From NCBI GenBank assembly GCA_002269645.1, contig NIVC01004108.1:1-60361 (forward strand): a stretch of DNA of 60,361 bases, written 5' to 3'. The number at the start of each line of letters is the position of its first letter. The first letter of the stretch is position 1. Made by a program: the position numbers and the translations under genes. This document shows positions 34,823 through 46,824 of the stretch, piece after piece. The notes beneath the pieces were generated by a model, which searched no databases, was not told where the DNA came from, and saw nothing but the letters and a program-made list of their open reading frames with translations. This DNA is from Macrostomum lignano. Its lineage: Eukaryota.

Positions 34823-35180
34823 AACCCATGGGCTTGGTGACCTCAATCAGTGAGTCGTGCAAGCCCACAGCACTCAGGCATACTGCTTCACTCAGAGCCT
34901 GTTGGAAGCAAATCTGAAACTGGGAACGGGCTCGAATGATGATGGCCGTTGAAGGCTCCGTGACTTTTTGCTTTCGCACCCCCTGTCTGCACTCTTCTTT
35001 CCTTGGTCTTCCTATTTTCAAGCCTTTTCCCAACAGCCTGTAATCAATCAATCAATTTCACCTCTAATTCTGTCAGCCAGCTCGTTGGCCATTGAGTTCC
35101 CACAAGTCCTGGCACGAGTTAAAGGTGAGTTGTTTGATAGATCCAACATGCAAAGGAGCTTCATATGTTGTATAGGGCTC

Positions 35181-36975
35181 ATTAGAAATATCCAGATCTC
35201 CAGATTCTCCATTAGAAATATCTAGGTCTCCAGATTCTCCATTAGAAATATCCACAACTCCAGATTCTCCATTAGAAATATCCACAACTCCAGATTCTCC
35301 ATTAGAAATATCCACAACTCCAGATTCTCCATTAGAAATATCCAGATCTCCAGATTCTCCATTAGAAATATCCAGATCTCCAGATTCTACATTAGAAATA
35401 TCCAGATCTCCAGATTCTCCATTAGAAATATCCTGATCTCCACATTCTCCATTAGAAATATCCAGATCTCCAGATTCTCCATTAGAAATATCCAGATCTC
35501 CAGATTCTCCATTAGAAATATCCAGATCTCCAGATTCTCCATTAGAAATATCCAGATCTCCAGATTCTCCATTAGAAATATCCAGATCTCCAGATTTTCC
35601 ATTAGAAATATCCAGATCTCCAGATTCTCCATTAGAAATATCCAGATCTGCAGATTCTCCATTAGAAATATCCAGATCTCCAGATTCTCCATTAGAAATA
35701 TCCAGATCTCCAGATTCTCCATTAGAAATATCCAGATCTCCAGATTCTCCATTAGAAATATCCAGATCTCCAGATTCTCCATTAGAAATATGCAGATCTC
35801 CAGATTCTCCATTAGAAATATCCAGATGTACAGATTCTCCATTAGAAATATCCAGATCTCCAGATTCTCCATTAGAAATATCCAGATCTCCAGATTCTCC
35901 ATTAGAAATATCCAGATCTGCAGATTCTCCATTAAAAATATCCAGATCTGCAGATTCTTCATTAGAAATATCCAGATCTGCAGATTCTCCATTAGAAATA
36001 TCTAGATCTCCAGATTCTCCATTAGAAATATGCAGATCTCCAGATTCTCCATTAGAAATATGCAGATCTGCAGATTCTCCATTAGAAATATCTAGATCTC
36101 CAGATTCTCCATTAGAAATAATTAGATCTCCAGATTCTCCATTAGAAATATCCACAACTCCAGATTCTCCATTAGAAATATCTAGATCTCCAGATTCTCC
36201 ATTAGAAATATGCAGATCTCCAGATTCTCCATTAGAAATAATTAGATCTCCAGATTCTCCATTAGAAATATCCAGGTCTCCAGATTCTCCATTAGAAATA
36301 TCCAGATCTCCAGATTCTCCATTAGAAATATCTAGATCTCCAGATTCTCCATTAGAAATAATTAGATCTCCAGATTCTCCATTAGAAATATCCACAACTC
36401 CAGATTCTCCATTAGAAATATCTAGATCTCCAAATTCTCCATTAGAAATATCCACAACTCCAGATTCTCCATTAGAAATAATTAGATCTCCAGATTCTCC
36501 ATTAGAAATATCCAGGTCTCCAGATTCTCCATTAGAAATATCCAGATCTCCAGATTCTCCATTAGAAATATCTAGGTCTCCAGATTCTCCATTAGAAATA
36601 TCCAGATCTCCACATTCTCCATTAGAAATATCTAGATCTCCAGATTCTCCATTAGAAATATCTAGATCTCCAGATTCTCCATTAGAAATATCCAGATCTC
36701 CAGATTCTGCATTAGAAATATCCAGATCTCCAGATTCTCCATTAGAAATATCCAGATCTCCAGATTCTCCATTAGAAATATCCAGATCTCCAGATTCTCC
36801 ATTAGAAATATCTAGGTCTCCAGATTCTCCATTAGAAATATCTAGGTCTCCAGATTCCCCATTAGAAATATATAGGTCTCCAGATTCCCCATTAGAAATA
36901 TCCAGATCTCCAGATTCTCCATTAGAAATATCCAGATCTCCTGATTCTCCATTAGAAAAATCTAGGTCTCCAGAT
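35181..36975 (+). repeat. 30-bp tandem repeat (ATTAGAAATATCCAGATCTCCAGATTCTCC), ~60 units; open on the minus strand as (DISNGESGDL)n
   Basis: Directly visible; ORF 35073-37028. Confidence 0.97.
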
Positions 36976-37250
36976 ACTGAATGCAGCGGCTTCCGCAGAG
37001 GATATATTAACAAATTTGAGGAGGGCAAACGAGCTTGAGTCGGCTTCTGTGAACCCGCGAGAGGCAGAGACGAGAAAGAGCTTCAGCATCATCTGGGCCG
37101 AACTGATGGCTAAGGGAAGACATCTGCAGCATCCGCAGAGACAGATTTGCGTCCAAATTCAAAGAGTCGATAGAGGTGAGTAGGGTGCGGGTGTCGCTAG
37201 AGATAGATAATTGATAGAGGATAAATGTGTAAGAGCGTGGATAGAGAGAG

Positions 37251-37722
37251 GCTGGTAGATAGGGAGACAAACTGGTAGATAGGGAGACAACCTGGTAGAT
37301 AGGGAGACAAACTGGTAGATAGGGAGAAAAACTGGTAGATAGGGAGACAACCTGGTAGATAGGGAGACAAACTGGTAGATAGGGAGACAACCTGGTAGAT
37401 AGGGAGACAACCTGGTAGATAGGGAGACAAACTGGTAGATAGGGAGAAAAACTGGTAGATAGGGAGACAACCTGGTAGATAGGGAGACAAACTGGTAGAT
37501 AGGGAGACAAACTGGTAGATAGGGAGAAAAACTGGTAGATAGGGAGACAACCTGGTAGATAGGGAGACAAACTGGTAGATAGGGAGACAAACTGGTAGAT
37601 AGGGAGAAAAACTGGTAGATAGGGAGACAACCTGATAGATAGGGAGACAAACTGGTAGATAGGGAGACAAACTGGTAGATAGGGAGACAAACTGGTAGAT
37701 AGGGAGACAACCTGGTAGATAG
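37251..37722 (+). repeat. 20-bp minisatellite (CTGGTAGATAGGGAGACAAA)
   Basis: Directly visible. Confidence 0.97.
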
Positions 37723-38350
37723 GCTCACTAAGTAGATAGGTAGTTGATTCCAAATTCATCTGAAAGCAAGTTTGCAAGGATTTGAAGCAGTGCTTTTTCA
37801 GAGAGCTGCCCCAGTTCCGCACCAGTTAATTGGGTCAGTGGCGCACGCAGGAGTTTTGTGCGTCCAATAATTTTGTGAAGTGGCTTCTGTTGCCAGCCGG
37901 TCATTTTGCTCAGTGATGCATCTCAAAGTCTGTGGTTTGAAAAAATGCAGATAGAAAAGAGACCTGTTTTAAGACTAATAGGTAAGTTAATTTAAATGAA
38001 TTCAGGTGCCAACTGCTCAGAGTGGCTGCGAGTGCATCCGAGAGATGGATCCGATTGAAAGGGTTAGAGTTGCTCACTGTTTCTCCAAACTTTTGAAGGC
38101 CATTCTGTGCAGAAGTTTTCCGGCAGGCAATAAAAGTCGGAGTCCATCGCTTTTGAATGCAAAAGGGGATCTTGTCATGGGTATCTTTATTGTCAGTAGT
38201 ATCGAGCGCTTTATCTGACGGATTTCTTCGCTGCGCAACAAAAGTTTTGGACAAATTTTCAAAAACGTCTATGTTGCTTCAAAACTGCTTGAGCGCTCGA
38301 TTTTGCAAGTTGCAGCAGCAGAAATCTTCTGTGCCATCATGCTGGTGCTG

Positions 38351-39393
38351 CTACAGAAGCAGCATCTCGATCTCCATCAGCGAGTAGTAGAATCCGAAGT
38401 TATATTGCCAAATGACTCCCTGTGCAAAAGCACCTCCAATGGCAGCAGATGCGTCTTTGTACTCTCCGTTCGGCAGGGTGGCGAAACAGCTCCTAAACCA
38501 CCAGGCACCTTTATAAATTGTTGCGCAGTTGCTAGCGTAGGTGTCGTGGTCGGCGTCCTTCGTGCTGAACTGCATGCCGTTGCTCCTGGGAGCGAGGCTG
38601 TCGCCGATGCCGCCGCTGCCGGAGAAGCCGGACACGCTCAGCCGGTAGTTGTCCGACTCGGGACCAACGGAGAAGCTGGAGTACTCAGCCCAGTGCTCAG
38701 AGTCGTTCCACGCCTTCATCAGAATCCTCAGCTTCCGAGGACCAGAAGCAGTGAGAGCGTGGAGAGAGTTCAGGCCTGGGAAGATGCGGACGTCATGGCG
38801 GTGTTTGTCATTGAAGTCCGAGTTGGAAAGGAAGCGAATGGAGCAGATCTGGGATGCACTCACCGATCCAGTAGTTTCCGTCGGGTCCCTCGCCGAACTC
38901 GCTCTGGTACTGAGTCCAGTTGCGGTAAAAGTCCACTGAGCCGGACACCCTGTGCTGCACGGTGGTCCAGCAGTCACTGCCGGCTGTCTGCAAGGTGACA
39001 CAACAGGTGTGTCAGCTTTTCTACTCTGTGTGAAAGCGTGGCTGTGATGCTGACACATCTAACGGAGTGACTCACCCACACTCGCTGAGCTCCCTTGTTC
39101 GCATTGCGGCACTTCCTGCAGTGGCTCAGGCCCAGGCGGCACCTGAAGTGAGCCCACAGGCCGGAGCTGGCGTTGAATGCCACCAGCTGCACAGCGGAAT
39201 CGCCGCTCGCTGAAAGTGCGCAGTCGAACCCATTCCGAGCCGAGCGCGACCTCACGGCCTCGTAGTCAAAGAGGCTCTCGCGACTGGAATGCCACGTCTG
39301 CACAGAGGAGGCGGCTTCGGTCACGTGACGCGGGACTGCAGCGAGCAGCAGCAGCAGCAGCAGAGCGACTTGACGAGCGGGTTGGAGCTGCAT
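38351..39393 (-). CDS. Secreted FReD protein, paralogue 2 (3 exons, apparently intact)
   Basis: Same exon structure and motifs as paralogue 1; ORFs 38974-39393, 38808-38993 and 38351-39058. Confidence 0.9.
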
Positions 39394-39679
39394 TTGCTCT
39401 GAATGTGGAGTAGTGGGTGAAAGCTGTCACTTCAGTGCGGATTTCCAGGTCTGGTGAATGATATTGTGGAGGGTGACGGAGGGATGTATAGAGAGCGGAT
39501 GTAGAGGGAGATGTAGAGACCGGAGGCCCAGCTCATGCCCTTTTCTCAACAGACTCACCAGTTAAGCTGACTCTGCCGTGATCTCTCAGAATCTTTAAAA
39601 TTCAGTAAGCAGTCGCACAGCAGGCAGGCGCTGCAAGCCAATATAAAAGCCCTGAGGAAGAAATCATGTTTTAGCTGCG

Positions 39680-39693
39680 GTCGCCATGGCAAC
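39680..39693. promoter_or_regulatory. RFX X-box-like palindrome upstream of FReD paralogue 2
   Basis: GTCGCCATGGCAAC, identical to 33173-33186. Confidence 0.5.
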
Positions 39694-40839
39694 CAGGGTA
39701 ATCTCTCGCCTTCAACAGGGGCTGCCTCTCTTAGAGGCAGTGGGGTTGGCCTTGCAGCCGACTACAGCTCATTGAAGTCAGACAGGCTGCATTCGAAGGC
39801 GCTGAGTCCGTCTTGGATGGCGGGGGCGCAGTTGGTGGCTGCTTCGGGGGGCCCAGCCGACTGGGAGTTCACCATGGGTGAATTGTGAATGATGCAAAGT
39901 ATGGTACAATAGAAGGCTAGAAGAGTTGTGAGTTTTCTATAGTCATTCATCTGCAGCCTCCAAACAGCCTTTCATGGGGGAGGCGTCTCGGTCCGGTGCG
40001 GAGAGCAGCTGAAGCTGCCTGAGCAGTAGTAGTGGGGCACAAGTGGATGAGCCACATCTTTTAGTGTCACTCGCGAGCAATAAGATGTGACTCATCACAC
40101 TACTACTGCCAGGGTTAGGAATTTACAATGAAGGGGCTGGTTGGGTGTGGAAGAAAGGAGACCTGTGGATTTTTTTAGGGGGGGGGGGGTTGGTTGGACA
40201 CTGAGGGTGAGGGCATGTTGGGAGCATTGGCTTGTAGTATGTTTCACAGACCCCCAGTTTCAGAACTCTTTTTTAAAAAAGGGTGCTCTCGCCCTCATGC
40301 CCTCACACCCTTTTGAAATCCACAAAAATATATGTGAAAATTGGCTAAAACGGGTGAAATCGGCCTGAAAACGGCGATTTTAGTGATTTTTTATTAATTT
40401 TGAAAATGCGCTTTTCTCGAGACACCAGCTCTAAAACCATTAGTTTAGTTGGATTCGCTGGTCATTTTCATATTTCAGTTATAATTATTCGGAGTTAAGT
40501 GGGTATATCTATACAGCAATAAAGGCATGTACTAATAATCATAAGCGTGGAAAATGTGCTATAGAGTCCGAGTTGAGTGGCGTCCCCTCATTTTCACACT
40601 ATTTTTTTACTCAAGTGTGACTCAAGAGGTCAAAAGCCAATCTACTTTTGAACATATTCAAGAGAGAAAAAGGGAGTTGTAAAGTCTGAAGACTGCGGTT
40701 CCAGCTGAGCGAGAAAAATAAGTGAGGCCCAAACTGGCCAAGTTAGCGATTATTTGAGGTTCTAAAAGTGAACAATACGATGTACGATTACATGAATAAT
40801 GCAAACTAAGATGTGCATTTATGTTAGAATATAACTCAC

Positions 40840-43800
40840 TCACTCAGGACAAATCGATACCAATTTTTCTCTAAACAAAAGAGTAACGAAATGAGTCACC
40901 TCGTAAACCCACTCGAGATGCGTGAGTATAGAGTACCGAATGCGCTGCGCCAGACTTGACTTACTTGACTTAGCTGCAGGGCTGTCCCGGGGGACACAGC
41001 GGGAAGGCGCGGGCGCCCATTCCGCTAGTCCCTGAACGGCCGACGCGTCGCTATGGACGGAGGGTTGGCGCCGCCCAGGGAGGTCCCCAGTGTCGCCAGC
41101 AGCTATGGTGCTCTCTGGAAAGGAGAGTTCAGCCCTGCGGGTGGCCCGAAGGTAGCGCATGAGCTGATTAAAGTTTTCGGGTTTGCACGCTTCAGTAATA
41201 GATGTGTGTGGCCCGAGGTAAGTGAGTCTGGCCCGCGTGAAGGCGGGACAGATGCTGACGAAATGCTCAGCGGTTTCGTCACCTGAGTTGCAGAAACTAC
41301 AGGTGGCGTTGGTGGCGTTGCCCTGCAGGTACTGGTGCCTGGAGAAGCAGCCGTGACCAGAGAGGGTCATGGTGGCAGCCCGGATGTCTCTGCGCGAGAG
41401 GCGCAAGAGGAGCTTCCGGAGCTGGTGAGAGGGCTGAGGGACAGCGCCTCTGGATTGCCTGCAGTTCGTGCGGTTCGCCCAAGTCGAGCGGTGCTGAGTC
41501 CTGATCCACGCTTTGATGCGCGAGTCGATGACACAGCCAGGAATCGGGACAAGAGGTTCGGGGCCGAGAGAGGAGCCGGAGGCACCAACTTTTGCAAGGG
41601 TGTCAGCCAACTCATTTCCTCGGATCCCCACATGCCCCGGAACCCACTTAAGGGTAATTTTGTTGGCGGAACCCAACACGTTGAGGAGTTTGATACAGTC
41701 GAGGACTGTAGCAGAGTTGGTGCTGCAGCCACTGATGGCGTGCAAGGCAGCTTGGCTGTCCGAATGGAAAATGATGTTCTTACCAGTAACGCCAGTGGCG
41801 AGAAGCTCTGCAGTGCAGGAGCTGATGGCCAGAACTTCATTTTGGAAAACACTGGAGTTGACCCCAGTGTATTGAGCGTGGGTAGCGATGACCCTCCCGT
41901 TCAGAAAGATTCCAACACCAAAGCCGGTGTTGGCTGACTGCTTAGAACCGTCGGTGTAGCAATGAAGCTCACCAGGGTTCCATTGGTCATTGATGTTATC
42001 GCGCGAGTCGATAGCTACGGAGTAGCGCTGTCTCAGGTTGAGCGTTGAGGCAATGCCATCGGTGAAGACGCGATTGGCCTGACACTCGTTGAGAAAGTTG
42101 AGGCACAGATCGCTATGCGGGACAAGGTTCCGCTTAGCAGGTGCTCTCATGTAAATGAATTTGACGCCGGCATCTATTAGACGCCGCGTCGTTCTAGCCG
42201 CCTCACCCCTGATGAAGAGGTCAAGAGGCGGAAGATTAAGGAAGGCCCCCATGCCAGCAAAGGGCGTGGACCTGGTGGCGTTGCAGATGAGCCTACACGC
42301 TCTGCCTTGGATCGTGTTGAGCAGGTCTGCATGGCTTTTGACCTGGGCAGCGCTAACCCAGACAACAGAGGCGTACGTAATGGCAGGTCTAACTACGGAA
42401 GTATAGATCCACCAAAGCCGCTTTGGGGATAGACCCCAAGAAGTGCCAAGTGCTCGTCGGAGCTGGGCCAGGATGGCTGAGGCACGCTTGGCTTTTGCTT
42501 TCACGTGGAAGGACCAGTTGAGCCGGTGGTCAAGTGTGACCCCGAGACATCTGGTCTGGTGCGCGAAGGCAATATCTCTGCCGTAGAGCTGCAGAGGACG
42601 TATGTTCCAGCGTAGTCTGCTGGTAAACATAATGGCAACGGTTTTGGGCTCAGAGAGTTCCAGACCATTGTCATTGGCCCAGGATTCTGCTTTGCGGATA
42701 AAGCTCTGCATCAGATCCCTGAGCGTGCTGGGAGACGGTCCTGCCACAATGGCCGTGACGTCATCAGCATACCCGACTTTGAAGACGGGGTCGGGTCGGG
42801 AGTCACTCAAAAGAGCGTCCATGACCAGGTTCCAGAGCGTCGGGGTGAGGACTCCGCCTTGGGGTCCACCCTTACAGACTCTGGTGGAGGCAGTTTGCCC
42901 AAGAAGTTGGGCAGTGACCGTACGGTTGGAGATCATGTACATGATCCACCGTATGAGGGTAGCATGAGCTTTGCGATTTTGAAGGGCCCTCTGAAACGCT
43001 TCAAAGATAACGTTGTCGAAGGCGCCAACAATGTCAAGAAAGAGAGCCAGAGCGTAACCGTCACCCAGTACCGCCCTTTCAATCTTCTCGACAATCGCAT
43101 GCAGGGCGCTGTCAGTCGACCTCCCGGTACGGAAGGCGTGCTGATTATTGCTGAGGGGCATCGCTGTCAGCTCGCAGGACAGCAGCCGCCAGAGAATAAG
43201 CCTCTCAGTGAGCTTAAGCATTGCTGACGTTAAGCTAATAGGCCGGAAGGCCTTGACGCTTTGGTAGTCACCCTTCCCAGGTTTGGGAATAAAGACTACC
43301 CGAGCTTCAGTCCAGCATTTGGGAACGTATCCCAGCTGGATAGAGGCCCGCATAAGATTGCGGGTGAGTCTCAGGAACGAGGGTATCTTGGCTGCTTCAC
43401 GAAGGAGAACAGGGTAGATACCATCAGGTCCAGGAGATTTGAAGGGTTTGAAGGTTCTGACCGCACGAGCGATTAGGTCTTCAGTGACAATGCCCGCCGC
43501 TAGGGTGGCTCCATCCATCGAATGGTTGGGCTCCGGTCTAGCAGTAGGTACCCTCGGAAGAATGTGCTAAGCATATGCTGAAGCACTTCTTCAGGGTCTT
43601 TAGTAAGAGAGCCATCATCTTTTTTGATCATGGCTAATTTGGACATTTTGTCCATTGTAAGGGCCTTGACAAGCCTAGAAGTAGGTCTGTCTTGATCCAA
43701 TTCATTGCAGAATTGGCGCCACTTACATTCCTTGGCCTTGCGCACTTCAGATTTGAAATTGCGGGAGGCTTGCCGGAAAAGCTCCATGTCCTCCGGGTTT

Positions 43801-44789
43801 CCGGTCTTCATGGCACGGCGATGAAGGCTTTTGGCCTTCCGCCTGAGTTTCCCCAGCTCCGGGTTCCACCACGGCGCCGAGGTCTTGCCTTTGTAGGCGC
43901 GAGCAGGACAAGCCGCTTCGTAGGCTTCAATAATGCAACCTGTCAGCGTCTCAGCCATATGATCCACATCCTCGCAGGTCTCAATCGGACGTAAGTCCGT
44001 GAGTTCCTGCAGGTGCAGATCAAGGGCAGCCTTGTAGGCCGCCCAATCAGTGTTGCGGATATTGCGTCTCCAAGTGATCGGAGACTGGGTTTTAGTGTCC
44101 GCGATGTTAAAGGCGATAAAGCAGTGGTCAGACAGGGAGGGCTCCTCAGACCAGACTCTCCACTCCTCAACTCTGTCAAAGAGTCTTGGGGTAACGAGTG
44201 TGGCGTCGAGGACCTCGGTCCATCTGCCATTATTAAAGGTAGGAGTGCTGCCGCGGTTGCAGAGCATGAGGTTTGTGTTAGAGATGAGGGCCAGAAGCTC
44301 CTCTCCTCTAGTGTTGGTATCTTTGCTGCCCCAGTGCTTGTGGTGCGCGTTGAGGTCGCCCCCTAAGCACAGCTCAGCGTTCTGGGACTCGCAGTACTGC
44401 GCGAGGCGCAGTAAACTCTCAGGAGCAGGGTCTCTGTCGCCTGGGATATAAACCGAGGCAACAAGACACGTACGCGGAGAGAAATGATTAGATTGGATGA
44501 CGCAAAGGTCTCCATCAGAGAGATCAGTCCTCAGCCAAGCCTGGAGATGGCTAGCAGCGAGGATAGCCGCTCTAGGGCGGCTGTTCCCCGGGCCACACAC
44601 ATAAAAATCAGAGTAGCCAGAGGGAATGTTGGGCAACTTACCGTTGCGCATCCAGGGTTCCTGGATCAGGATGAGGCCTGGCCTGTACAGCTCAGCAATC
44701 TTCATCAGATTTACTGACGCAGATACGCAATGCTGTAAATTAATTTGCAGACAGAATGTCGCTCCTTTGGCAGCGTGGAGCTTAGTCAT
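40840..44789 (-). CDS. LINE ORF2: APE endonuclease, reverse transcriptase, RNase H, CCHC; 1-nt frameshift near 43555
   Basis: QINLQH, LIQEPW, GGDLNAHH, SDHCFI (APE); FRPISL, FLDIVGAFDN, GPQGGVLTP.LWN, YADD (RT); YTDGSK, SDSQAAL, WVPGHVGIRGNELAD (RNase H); CSFC..ETAEHF..C. Confidence 0.95.
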
Positions 44790-46824
44790 ACTGTATTAAA
44801 TGCAATTTCTGGCTAGAGCCCAGGGCCATCAAGGAGACTTGGACAACAGATCGTCCTCGTCCCAGGCCGCTGGGGCTTGACTGGGAGATGGGAGTTGGTC
44901 GACGTCCATGGCCTCCTCACCCCCACCGGCCCCCCCAGCAGAGTCCTCAGGCTCCGATGACAGGATGGAGGAAGCTTCCTCACCTGCATCTTTACCTTCA
45001 GACCCCACCAGGGTGGCCGAGGAGAGCTCGGATTCCGAAGACCCGGCCTCGTCCTCAACTCCTTCTCCGACTGGCAGGTTTGGTTCCCGGGGCTTGGCCG
45101 GAGCCGTTACCGCGGTCGCCGAACTGCTGCTAGCAGAGGGGCGAGATGCAGCTTTGGCTTTGGGATCGGCTTGCGCCTTTCCTTGGGCCTTAGACTGCGC
45201 CCCGCTCTTGCCGGAGATGCCGGGGTTGGCAGTAGCCTTCCCTTTGGCAGACTTTCCTCGGCGCATCTTGAGCTTGAGGGCACCCAGCTGGAAAGAGGAT
45301 CCATTAGGGTACCGACTCGCCCAAGTGCTGGAAAGGCCGAGGACAATTGAGTTGCCCGTCTCCCCCCTGCGGACTTTACGGTGATACACCAGTCCACTAG
45401 CAGGGAGGTCGGGGTTCAGACGCAGTAGGACCCGGCGAATAACGTCTGGTCCAGCTGCGGTGCTCTTAGCAGGGACGAAAACCACATAGGGTATCGTCTT
45501 TGGACGCTGGCCCTCGCGAAGAAAAAGAGCTCCGCCAAGGTCAGCATCCAAGGAGACCGTTGGTAGCCGCTGGAGCAGCTGCCGAGCGTCCTCCTCGCTG
45601 CTAGGAGCAATAAGAACGAATGTGCTTCGCAGCACCATCCGCTCAATGCCGATGGAGATTCCCTCCTCGACAGTCAGCTCAATCAGATAGGAGTCAACAG
45701 CACTCCACACTTTTTGAAGCTGATCAGTGGTCCAGTCCTGGTCGCGACCTTGGATGATCACTCCCGGGATTTTGGCCTTGGCCTTCGCCGCAAAGGTAGC
45801 TCCCGAAGGAACCTCCTTGTTGGCAGTGGCCATTTGTTGCGCCGTGGTTTCGGCCTCAGCAGCCGCAGCAGCATCTCCAGGGAGCGCCGCCGCTGAACTA
45901 CCGGAGCTTCCACCGGCCGGCCCGTCTGGTTGCCTTGGGACGCCAGTCGCTTCAGCATCCATGGTGGACGCCGCCGCTTTGGCCCCCGCAGCTCCCTTCT
46001 TGGCCTGTCTTTTGGCGCGTTGTTTAGCGCGTTTGCGCTCAAGCCGAGCCCGCTGAGCTTCATCGGATCTGCCAGATTTGGCCGGTCCTTTAGGCTCAGA
46101 GCTCGCGGTTCCCTTAGATCCACCAGCGGAGCTGGCAGGTCTTTGGGTATTATGAGTTTGGTAGCTCTGGTCGGATCTGCCACAGTTGAATCAGTCGGTT
46201 GGGATCTGCAAGCAGGGCCGGCCGGTCCTTCGGACTGAGGTTGGGGTTTAGAAGGGTCCCCGTCCCTAGAAAAAGCTTTGTTATCCATAATCGGCTCGAA
46301 GGCCATGATAAAAGGTTGGTGGGCTACCCTCAAAGGGGCGCGGTACCCACCCGGCCGCTCCACCTGACCGGGCAGTAGGCCAATAGCACCCTCAAGGCTG
46401 GCCCGACACCAGGAGGGGGACCGCTTGCGACCGGACTACTCCCCGGCCTTCCAGCCCATCGGCACGGTCAACACCTTAGGCATTAGAGAGTACGTTGAGC
46501 AGTACCACGGCCTGCAGGTTGGCGAGCCAGACCCGCATACCCAAATTCGGCCGAAGCCACTGGATAGGGTCGCCAGCGCCGGAGCCCAGTCTGTCCAGCA
46601 GCCCTAGGGACTGCCTTGAACACACGCGGGGACGAGTACCCTGGGTCGACTTGCGAGACAGCGTGGGGGGGGGGTCTGCGGCTGCCAGAGGCAAATAGAG
46701 GGTGCAGACCTCCCACCAGCCTTGACCTGCTGAAGATAGGGGCAGGCGTGAAGCATCGCAGACCTTAGCCCATGGGCCTAGTCTGTCTCATACTTCACTG
46801 GCATGCTGAATACGCCTTCGCGTG
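40954..46824 (-). mobile_element. Full-length non-LTR retrotransposon with RNase H (R1/LOA/I-group-like)
   Basis: 13-bp TSD TGCGCTGCGCCAG at 40941-40953 and 46825-46837; 3' tail of AAGT(C) repeats; ORF1 plus APE-RT-RNaseH-CCHC ORF2. Confidence 0.93.
44829..46363 (-). CDS. LINE ORF1 (frameshifted)
   Basis: Overlapping ORFs 45758-46363 and 44829-45962 directly upstream of ORF2 within the TSD-bounded element. Confidence 0.7.

Noticed and set aside
46364-46824. HDV-like ribozyme in the LINE 5' UTR
   Set aside because: Partial resemblance only; I could not build a consistent P1/P1.1/P2/P3 pseudoknot by eye. A descriptor search would settle it.
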